DNA of 64,000 nt from a virus. A program made the translations under genes and the position numbers. Location of the stretch: IMG/VR virus record IMGVR_UViG_3300023276_000007, positions 1 through 64,000 of that record; one strand, 5' to 3'. This document shows positions 56,184 through 64,000 of the stretch, one piece after another; the stretch's first letter is position 1; each line of letters opens with the position of its first letter. Under the pieces are notes generated by a model. It searched no databases and had not been told where the DNA came from. It saw only the letters and a list, made by a program, of their open reading frames with translations.

Positions 56184-56671
56184 TGCCCGTTGCTATTACG
56201 ACAGACTATAGTGGAAGAACCGTAGATCTAGAATCTTTACAGACCGCAGACGGAACTGTAGGGGTTAGGGAGCTAAGTCTTTCTGTTAGAGACAATAACC
56301 TTTCTAGGAGAATCACTGGTATCCAGAAACTTGCACAGCGGTATGCTACCTTATTCCTCACACAAAAAGGTTCTGTAGGCTTCTCAGCAGGGCAGGGTTC
56401 TGACTTTATAGAACCAGCGACGACAGGGCAGATAGCCAATGGCGCGAACTTAACACATTTTTTTAACATAGCTAACTTTCAAACAACGAGGCAGATGCGG
56501 CTAGACGACGTTGATCCAGCTTTTGGTGACACGCCTCCAGATGATGAGCGTATACAAACTGCAACCCTCATTGACTTTGAAGTCGATAAATTCCAAGGAC
56601 GAATTTACCTTAAGGTTAGATTAACAAGTTTGGCTGGAGACGATTATGTATACGTTCTCCCTGCTATTTAA
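56183..56671 (+). CDS. baseplate wedge protein (gp25-like)
   Basis: ITGIQKLAQRY..LFLTQKGS...GSDF; precedes the baseplate J gene. Confidence 0.65.
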   Translation: MPVAITTDYSGRTVDLESLQTADGTVGVRELSLSVRDNNLSRRITGIQKLAQRYATLFLTQKGSVGFSAGQGSDFIEPATTGQIANGANLTHFFNIANFQTTRQMRLDDVDPAFGDTPPDDERIQTATLIDFEVDKFQGRIYLKVRLTSLAGDDYVYVLPAI

Positions 56672-56682
56672 GGAGGCCTGAT

Positions 56683-58347
56683 ATGGCAATAGATAGAAAT
56701 TTAAGCGACGTCAATCAAGATGACTTCGATGCTGCAGAAGCTAAACTCATCGCAGCTATAAGGGAATATAACCCCTCAGTAGACTTAAGAGTAGGTACTG
56801 CCCTGCGTGATTTATTAGTGAGACAATCGTCTCTACTTAACGCTTATAATGAGAAACTTAACGAAGACCTGCGTAACAGTCAGTCTTTACTAGCGGTTAG
56901 TGAGAACCCAGACTTAGCAGATGATGATGTAATTGCTGGAATACTTTCTAACATCAATGTAGTCCGACGAGATGGATCACCTGCGTCTGGGTTGGTAATT
57001 GTTACAGTACCTAACGAAGAGCGGTTTATTGTTCCAGAGGGATACACCTTTACTACTTCAGGCGGGGTTGCGTATGCTACTACTCAAGCCTACAGAGCTA
57101 GACCCTCTGCAGTATTTACTGCCGGACTAGACGAGTTATTAATAACAGCACACACTACTGACGCACTGTTGGGGAGCTTCTATGTTATAATACCTGTAGT
57201 CGCCACCACCACAGGTTCTAACACTAATATAAGTTCTGGCATAGCCATGACAGTGACAGAAGCTCTCGTAGTAGGGCTTACCAGTCAAGAGTCATATAAC
57301 AACTTCACAGGCGGAGCTGATCAAGAGTCTATTGATGAACTCTTGGCCCGAGTACCGACAGCCCTAGGGCAGAAGTCCATGGAGTCGCAACAGTCGATAG
57401 GCTCAGTTCTTCAAGGACAATTCCCGTCTGTCAGGGAGGTATCTGCAGTAGGCTTTGGTTTCGAAGCCCAACTTAGAGACAAACATAATATCTTCGGATC
57501 TGCTATGGGTGGCAAGGTTGATATCTATGTAAGACCATCTACAGCTCCAGAGACTCTCACAATACTAGCTACGGCTACTAAAGTTTCAGATGGTGTTTAT
57601 AGCGTAACACTTACACCAGATGTTGCAGCAGGTATACAATTTATAAGATCTGTAACGTCACCAGATGTTATTACCCCGGCAACCCCTTTAACAGACCAGC
57701 TACCTGTAATCGGTTCTTACCCATTTACATTCAGCAGAGGTTCTGCCGGTATGGATAGCAGCTACCACGACTTTGACGTTAATAACCTTTCTGTAGAAAC
57801 GGCATATAGCGCCTATCAGACTGTGACTCTAGTCGTTACCGATATACCAGCCATAGTCGAAGACGGTCAGTCAGTATGGCCAGATACCTTGACTCTTAAG
57901 GTCGAAGCATACGTTGCTAAGCTTATTAGAGAGATACAGTCCTATGTAGACAGTGAAGTAGTTAGAAACTTGAAAGCCGATCATGTAGTACGTTCTTTCG
58001 TACCAGTGATGGTATCGTTAACAGCTACACTCAATGAATCCCCAGGAGAGACTCTGGACACGACTGCGATAAGACAGGCGGTTGTGGACTACATTAATTC
58101 TAAAACATTTGGAGAGATTGTCACACCATCACAGATTGATAGTGTGTTACACACCTTTCCTATCGTTACCGTTAAAAGCCTAGAGCTGTCCGCCGTGACT
58201 GTAGACGCTGCTAATAACATCATACCTATTGCAGGGCCTACTCTAGATATTAGTGATGTATCGGTTCCGGAATATTTGTTAAACGGTACGACTGCTATGT
58301 TCAGCGCGGACATACGGGATATATTCATTACCACAACGGAGTCTTAA
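56683..58347 (+). CDS. baseplate J-like wedge protein
   Basis: DLRVGTALRDLL, FTGGADQESIDELLAR, GGKVDIYV. Confidence 0.8.
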   Translation: MAIDRNLSDVNQDDFDAAEAKLIAAIREYNPSVDLRVGTALRDLLVRQSSLLNAYNEKLNEDLRNSQSLLAVSENPDLADDDVIAGILSNINVVRRDGSPASGLVIVTVPNEERFIVPEGYTFTTSGGVAYATTQAYRARPSAVFTAGLDELLITAHTTDALLGSFYVIIPVVATTTGSNTNISSGIAMTVTEALVVGLTSQESYNNFTGGADQESIDELLARVPTALGQKSMESQQSIGSVLQGQFPSVREVSAVGFGFEAQLRDKHNIFGSAMGGKVDIYVRPSTAPETLTILATATKVSDGVYSVTLTPDVAAGIQFIRSVTSPDVITPATPLTDQLPVIGSYPFTFSRGSAGMDSSYHDFDVNNLSVETAYSAYQTVTLVVTDIPAIVEDGQSVWPDTLTLKVEAYVAKLIREIQSYVDSEVVRNLKADHVVRSFVPVMVSLTATLNESPGETLDTTAIRQAVVDYINSKTFGEIVTPSQIDSVLHTFPIVTVKSLELSAVTVDAANNIIPIAGPTLDISDVSVPEYLLNGTTAMFSADIRDIFITTTES

Positions 58348-58350
58348 TAA

Positions 58351-59991
58351 ATGAAATCAGTTCCTTCAGATAATGCACAGCCTTATGGCACGACGCTGTT
58401 CAATCTCTTAGGAGATTACTGGACACGTTTGTATGCTGATTCAGAACTGTTAGCTAAGTTTAGCAATGGTAATGGATTAGCAGCTGCTCAAACCTACCTT
58501 GATTTCGTAGAGACAGTGCTATGCCTAGACAGGCAAAACATGCCAGCGTACCATAGGGAGATGTTTATACCTATCGTCATCAAGGCTTCCGAAGTTAACA
58601 CAGGCGTTGCGCTTAAGATAGGTCAGCAGCCAGTAGTAGGTATCGGACCACAACTAGACGGAGATTATACTGGCGGTGACATATTTAAGGTGGGTGGTAA
58701 CGCAGCCCTTAAGGACACACTATCTTATGTCATCAACACAAATGTTCCTTTCGACAAGGGTATCGACTCTATAAGCAATAAATTATTTAGCGCAGAAGCT
58801 ACACTTGTTTCAGGTAAAGACTTCTATGTAGAAGGTAGCGTTTTATTCATTGATAAGACTAAAGACCCGTTCAAGTCTGATAGGTATATGGTGAGAGAGG
58901 TTAGTGGTGCTAACGGCACTAAAGACTACGAGATTCTTCTGTGGGGCTCTAATGCCTTGGTAGATGATGACTTTACCCACACTCATTATGGCTACCCTCT
59001 TGGTAGGTATGATAAGGACCCAGAAATATACCGTAAGCAAATAAACGCTCTGTGGGATTTACAATTTGTAGGCTTTGACATCCAAGTGGTTAAGAGAGCC
59101 TTAGCCACCTTGATTAACGTACCAAGTATTAACGAAGACGGTGAAGTTGTTGAAACTATCGTCGGAGGTCAGGATGGTGAGAGTTACGTCGTTACAGACA
59201 AGCATTCCTACTTAGTAGAGCTTCCAGACACGATCATGCCACATATAATACCAGGAGCAGTTCTTCTTAAAGGTGACTACCTTACGGACGCACTCAAGGT
59301 TTATTGGAACCTGGATACAACTAAGTTCGTCTACCCACCAAATGACAAGATCACGTTATCAAGCTTTGTAGCAGATGTACCATCACTGCACCTACCTAAA
59401 GGCGTAGCCGGTAACTACTCTGCAGACTCCGGTATCATCGTGGATTGGGCAGACAGCCCTATAACCTATGAAGGTCTTGATGAAAATGGTAATTGGAAGA
59501 TAAGGTTTGACCTCCAAGCTAACTTTGGTAAGTCAGACATCTTCTGGCAGGAGATATGGGATAGAGCAGAGGCTAACAGCACAGACCTAGCCGAAGTATT
59601 TGCAGAGTTCATAACAGGACCTGCTGGTAATGTAGGTAGCGTTGTTGGCTCTATTAATCCATTAAAGTATTACATGGATAACTTCCTAAAAGCCAATGCC
59701 TCAATTGTTACTATAAACTTCAATTCCCTACCAAGTAGTATAACTTCTTTACGAGCATTAACGAGGTTGAAGAGTATAGTACCTGCTCATACATTACTAT
59801 TACTGATTGGAAGACTGGCTATTACTGAGCTACCTTATGACTTAAGCGATAGTAGTCAGGATGTTATAAATTATTATGATGCTTTTATTGTAGAGGATGA
59901 AGGTAACATACACGGTGCTGTTAGTAGTGACACGAACCTGACGTACAGAGACGCTAACTTAAAAACTAAATGGATAAGACGATGCAGCTAA
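58351..59991 (+). CDS. baseplate wedge protein (gpI/gp7-like)
   Basis: Follows baseplate J; YRKQINALW and LKSIVPAHT motifs. Confidence 0.55.
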   Translation: MKSVPSDNAQPYGTTLFNLLGDYWTRLYADSELLAKFSNGNGLAAAQTYLDFVETVLCLDRQNMPAYHREMFIPIVIKASEVNTGVALKIGQQPVVGIGPQLDGDYTGGDIFKVGGNAALKDTLSYVINTNVPFDKGIDSISNKLFSAEATLVSGKDFYVEGSVLFIDKTKDPFKSDRYMVREVSGANGTKDYEILLWGSNALVDDDFTHTHYGYPLGRYDKDPEIYRKQINALWDLQFVGFDIQVVKRALATLINVPSINEDGEVVETIVGGQDGESYVVTDKHSYLVELPDTIMPHIIPGAVLLKGDYLTDALKVYWNLDTTKFVYPPNDKITLSSFVADVPSLHLPKGVAGNYSADSGIIVDWADSPITYEGLDENGNWKIRFDLQANFGKSDIFWQEIWDRAEANSTDLAEVFAEFITGPAGNVGSVVGSINPLKYYMDNFLKANASIVTINFNSLPSSITSLRALTRLKSIVPAHTLLLLIGRLAITELPYDLSDSSQDVINYYDAFIVEDEGNIHGAVSSDTNLTYRDANLKTKWIRRCS

Positions 59992-60590
59992 AGGAATCAT
60001 ACTTAGGAACTCAGGGGCGTATAAAAGCTTCATGGGTTAAGAATAAGGTCGTAGACAAAGACCCGGCCTACAATGGTAAAAACATTTTCACATTTAATGG
60101 AGCAGACGTATTAGCTAAGCTAATCGGCGGAGATACTACCTTTGTTCCAAATCAGCTAGGCTTCATCTACGGACCACAAGCCGGCGCGATGGCAAACCCT
60201 TCAGCCACTAGACAGCATACCTGGGATAGCATTGCTTCCGACGTTGCTGCCTTAGGTGGTAATATGATCCTAAGCCCTATAAGTAGCTGCCCCTCTTTCC
60301 GGGTCGACGGCGATGCTACTCGTTACAATCATAACGTAGTGACTCTCAACGCTATCAGTGACCCTACAGCTAACCTTGTGTTCTCCGGAGGCTCTTATGC
60401 AACACAGCCACCACAGAACCCCGATGATAGATTTTTTCAGGTAGTCCTTATCTCAGCCGTTAAGAAGCTTGGTTCAACTACCCCAACATACGTTCCGCTG
60501 GCCAGAGCACAGCTTGATGCAGGAACCAGTGGCTTACTGGTGCAGCAGCAGTCAGACTTGGCAGTATTTTGGGACTTAATATTTAGATAA
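59982..60590 (+). CDS. baseplate/tail-fibre attachment protein
   Basis: GKNIFTFNGADVLAKL...VFWDLIF pattern; start 59970 or 59982. Confidence 0.5.
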   Translation: MQLKESYLGTQGRIKASWVKNKVVDKDPAYNGKNIFTFNGADVLAKLIGGDTTFVPNQLGFIYGPQAGAMANPSATRQHTWDSIASDVAALGGNMILSPISSCPSFRVDGDATRYNHNVVTLNAISDPTANLVFSGGSYATQPPQNPDDRFFQVVLISAVKKLGSTTPTYVPLARAQLDAGTSGLLVQQQSDLAVFWDLIFR

Positions 60591-60602
60591 TGGAGTAACG
60601 AC

Positions 60603-63284
60603 ATGCCTACATTTCCAGCCGTAGATGGTTATAAAAATGAAGAAGACGTCGAAGAGGATATCCTCAATCGACCTATATTAGCCCTTAAAGAGCGCACAGA
60701 GTTCCTTAGACAACAACTAGAGAACTTAGCAGGGCAGCAGGCCTTTGAGTCTGTAAGAATAACAGACGTAGACTTAAACACTGAAGTACCTCCCGTAGTG
60801 TACGATTTTGTATTTGTAGAGCAGGGTAACACCTTCTCTAAGGCGATTGCCGCTTCGTCACAAAATTTCTTAACACCTTATCAGATGGCAGAAGATTCTG
60901 CATTTGCTGTAGGTATCCTGACCAGCATCTCTGGTGCAGGTAAAGGAACAGTTGCCTTATATGGTAAACTAGACCTGCCTTCTAATGTTGATGTTAACAC
61001 ACTTCTTGAAAGCGGCGAAAGCTTCCGACCAGGACCATATTACCTCTCGACTAGCGAAGAAGGTAAACTTACTGCTACACCGAAAGGCCCGGCAGTCTAT
61101 GTTGGCTTTATTATAGATGATACCGCAGACACCTCTATATCTGCGACTATCATGTTAGCACCTCAGTATAAAGATTTATGGCAGGCCCACTCACATTTTA
61201 AATTTGTCTTATCCGACAATGTGGCTGGCCGTCATGTACGAACAGGTGTTGACGTTGATGATGCACATGGTATCGCACCATTCCAGACAGATACTCCTAA
61301 TGACTTAGGTTGTTTCATTCTAGGTGGTTATACCGCCGATGAGTCTGGTGTAGCTCCTGTGTACACTTTGGTTCTAGAAGGTACTGACTTTGATGACATG
61401 GTTCTCAAGTGGTCTACCGATGACGGGTCTGATGACGGACTAGCAGGCCAGGCTGATCCTAAGTACGGTGCAAACACTGGGGTAAGAATTACTTCACTGT
61501 ATAGACCCGTTAGCTTTGGTAGCTTTGGTTTCCAGTTTGTGCTACATGCAGACTTAGATCCATTAAGTATGCCAGCAGTGCCGTCACAGCCGTGGGTTCC
61601 ACCTTTGACAGCTACCGCAGCAGAACGTACATGGACACTTACATTACCAGATGACGCCAAAGGTTGGCTTCCTCGTATGCACTATTCCGAAGGTGTCAGC
61701 ACTACTGGTGATCTTCCATTTGCTATCTTCGGGTACAATTACGATAACACCGCCAACGAGACAGCTCCTACATTCTCTTTAGAAGTGACTGTAGCAGGTG
61801 ATGTCGATACAGGTGGCCCTTTTCCTGATGTCGAGGTATTCGATAGTGCAGGTACTTCACTAGCTACACTCTCTGCAGTGTCAGGCAACAGCTTTATCCC
61901 AATAGCGGATGGCTTGTTCCTATATATCCCGCTATTTACCTCCGCTGGTGCCGCAGCAACGTCTGCGTTAGCTCTAGCCGAGACTTGGGACTTTTCTTTG
62001 GAAGATAGAGTGCCTCAAAGCTTATTTGAGTACGCTATCGACATGGATAAGTCTTTAACGGCCTATTACCCACCATCGCCAGTTAGTTCTGTAGTTATGG
62101 AGCTTAATGGCCTAACTATGAGCCAACGTGGTGAATTTGAGGCTGGAAAAGGCCTATATACCCCAGATGTTGCTACTTTATACTGGTTTGCCGATACTTT
62201 CGGCGGAACGCCTTGGAATAGGGATATACAGTTTGAAGTTACCCCTGACGCCCGCTTTGACGCCGATGTTGCTATTTATATGACCAAAATGGCTCTAAAT
62301 GCTGCTGGTATCGTTAATTCTATAAAAGTAGAAGAAGGTGCGCCCCTAACTATCGTTGACTGCCACACAGGACTACCTGCGTCTACAGGCGACCTTTTAA
62401 TCAAGGCTGCGTTCAACTTCTCTATCTTAGAAGGTAACTTAGGCGGATTTAAGACTGTTAAAGGTGTAGATGCGGAAGGTAACTTCCTAACTGGCCCTGT
62501 AGTTGAGAAACTAGTAGCAGGTCCTAATATCCTTATAGAAGGAGATACTTCTGCCCCTGGGCAAGGTATTGTTAGAGTTTCCGCTATCATAGAAGGTTCT
62601 AACCGAGGGCAGTTCCACGACGTAAGCCTGTTGAACGCTAAGTACGAAAGACTTAGAGACAGGTTATTCACATTCTTAAAGCTACTCGCATGGGACAGTC
62701 AGTCTGTTAACAATGTAGAGACAGGCTTTACGATGCAGTTCCGGGTTCCCGACTATTTGACCAGTAACTATAAAGTAAGCATGTACCTCACAACGTTTGG
62801 CCTAGCCGATGTTGCAGCAGGCGGTGTTAATAACGGTAGAAAGTACGCCGGCCTTAACATCAGCTATAACGTAGTTCCTGACCTTACCAACGTTAATGGT
62901 AATGGAGTCTTTGCCTTTGTAGGTAGAAACCTTGTAGATGCAGGAGCTTCCGGAATACTTACAGGAGAAGTCGATGCCGACATCGTCTTAGGTGCCGACG
63001 GCTCAGACTACACAGCATATGACCCACTTCTCGTTACAAGCGATCCATCTATCTCTCCGATACCAGGGCAGGTAGTTCTTCCTGGAGGTCTCTCACAGAT
63101 TCCTTTCCCAGGCGGAGACATAGCACATGTTACTGCTGGAGACATTGTCACAATCAAAGTGTCAAGAACTTCTCCTGTGACAAACATCGGCTCAAGCCCT
63201 GTAGCGGGAACTGATTATGAGTATACTGATGAGATCGGTTTCCTTAATCTTGACTGGAAATTAACTGACGTAGGCACTGTCTAA
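60603..63284 (+). CDS. putative tail fibre/baseplate structural protein
   Basis: N-terminal NRPILALKERTEFL coiled segment; YYLS..EEGKLT..P; acidic beta-rich body. Confidence 0.55.
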   Translation: MPTFPAVDGYKNEEDVEEDILNRPILALKERTEFLRQQLENLAGQQAFESVRITDVDLNTEVPPVVYDFVFVEQGNTFSKAIAASSQNFLTPYQMAEDSAFAVGILTSISGAGKGTVALYGKLDLPSNVDVNTLLESGESFRPGPYYLSTSEEGKLTATPKGPAVYVGFIIDDTADTSISATIMLAPQYKDLWQAHSHFKFVLSDNVAGRHVRTGVDVDDAHGIAPFQTDTPNDLGCFILGGYTADESGVAPVYTLVLEGTDFDDMVLKWSTDDGSDDGLAGQADPKYGANTGVRITSLYRPVSFGSFGFQFVLHADLDPLSMPAVPSQPWVPPLTATAAERTWTLTLPDDAKGWLPRMHYSEGVSTTGDLPFAIFGYNYDNTANETAPTFSLEVTVAGDVDTGGPFPDVEVFDSAGTSLATLSAVSGNSFIPIADGLFLYIPLFTSAGAAATSALALAETWDFSLEDRVPQSLFEYAIDMDKSLTAYYPPSPVSSVVMELNGLTMSQRGEFEAGKGLYTPDVATLYWFADTFGGTPWNRDIQFEVTPDARFDADVAIYMTKMALNAAGIVNSIKVEEGAPLTIVDCHTGLPASTGDLLIKAAFNFSILEGNLGGFKTVKGVDAEGNFLTGPVVEKLVAGPNILIEGDTSAPGQGIVRVSAIIEGSNRGQFHDVSLLNAKYERLRDRLFTFLKLLAWDSQSVNNVETGFTMQFRVPDYLTSNYKVSMYLTTFGLADVAAGGVNNGRKYAGLNISYNVVPDLTNVNGNGVFAFVGRNLVDAGASGILTGEVDADIVLGADGSDYTAYDPLLVTSDPSISPIPGQVVLPGGLSQIPFPGGDIAHVTAGDIVTIKVSRTSPVTNIGSSPVAGTDYEYTDEIGFLNLDWKLTDVGTV

Positions 63285-64000
63285 TGAGTAACGTACTTGA
63301 ATGGCTAAATGAGAACTCCTTAAGAGCTTACCCTTTTAAGGAAGATACCTCGCGCTCCGATGGTACGCATGTTATCCCTAACGACCTTATAGTTGATATG
63401 GCCTTCGTCGTACCCGTTGCTACCACAGACACGTTCTACCTTAAAACTTTAATGATATCAGGAACACAGATTACAGGTGTTCTTGCTAATCAAAACGAGA
63501 ATAACGTAGGAACGTTCTCAGTACCTGTAACTTCTCATAAAGAGAATGACGGCTACGAGATAGTAGGCGCTGGTACATACACGGATGCCAGAGGTAGAGT
63601 TGTTGTAGGAGACCTTACGGATCTTGCTATAAAACTTCCAGAAGGTGTTTATAACTATGAAGTAGAAGCTACAGCCTTTGAGCTTTCTGCTATCCGACCT
63701 GACCTTCGTAAGCTTAGGGGTATAAAGATAGAAAAGGCCGATGGGTCTGTATCCGACTTATTAACCGGTATAGTGACTCTGGTGTCAGGAACAAACGTAA
63801 CTTTAGAAAACCCTTCAGCAGGTCTTGTAAGAATCAATGCTATTGGTAACGAAGACTATATAGAAGACTGTGGAGATTGCCTTAACGGATTCTCTATACC
63901 TGACCCGATAAGAACTATTAACGGAGTGGGTGGAGACGAAACTGGCAATCTAAATTTAATCTCTACGGAGCAGTGTTTAGTAATAACCCCAGACGCATCA
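63284..64000 (+). CDS. virion structural protein, truncated by the window end
   Basis: TAATG-coupled MSNVLEWLNENSLRAYPFKED..., apparently open to the window end (..IRTINGVGGDETGNLNL..); absent from the ORF track. Confidence 0.65.
   Translation, partial: MSNVLEWLNENSLRAYPFKEDTSRSDGTHVIPNDLIVDMAFVVPVATTDTFYLKTLMISGTQITGVLANQNENNVGTFSVPVTSHKENDGYEIVGAGTYTDARGRVVVGDLTDLAIKLPEGVYNYEVEATAFELSAIRPDLRKLRGIKIEKADGSVSDLLTGIVTLVSGTNVTLENPSAGLVRINAIGNEDYIEDCGDCLNGFSIPDPIRTINGVGGDETGNLNLISTEQCLVITPDAS

Noticed and set aside
41477-63284. Tailocin, eCIS or T6SS locus
   Set aside because: Terminase, portal, protease, scaffold and capsid genes are present, so this is a complete phage morphogenesis module.

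Overview
The window is a contiguous, almost entirely plus-strand virion morphogenesis region of a large contractile-tailed (myovirus-type) dsDNA phage read in the standard code. It runs: two glycosyltransferases, terminase large subunit, portal, a long block of putative internal head proteins, prohead protease, scaffold, major capsid, neck, a 1412-aa tail sheath, tube, spike, a -1 frameshifted chaperone pair, tape measure and baseplate. Among the head genes is a divergent multisubunit RNA polymerase in three pieces (beta-N; beta-C fused to beta'-N with NMDFDGD; beta'-C), and a sigma-70-family factor lies inside the baseplate genes. The most striking pattern is that many otherwise unrelated proteins between about 10.5 and 39.5 kb share a short leader (aromatic-x2-3-G-F-x2-K/R-C/A-x3-G-hydrophobic) and/or are punctuated by K-x-A motifs. 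The same K-x-A motif saturates the scaffold and flanks the protease domain but is nearly absent from the tail sheath. I infer a leader-addressed, protease-released capsid cargo system carrying an Acb1-like 2H phosphoesterase polyprotein, many amphipathic or glycine-zipper membrane peptides and possibly the RNAP. All annotations come from motif recognition by eye; no database searches were run.
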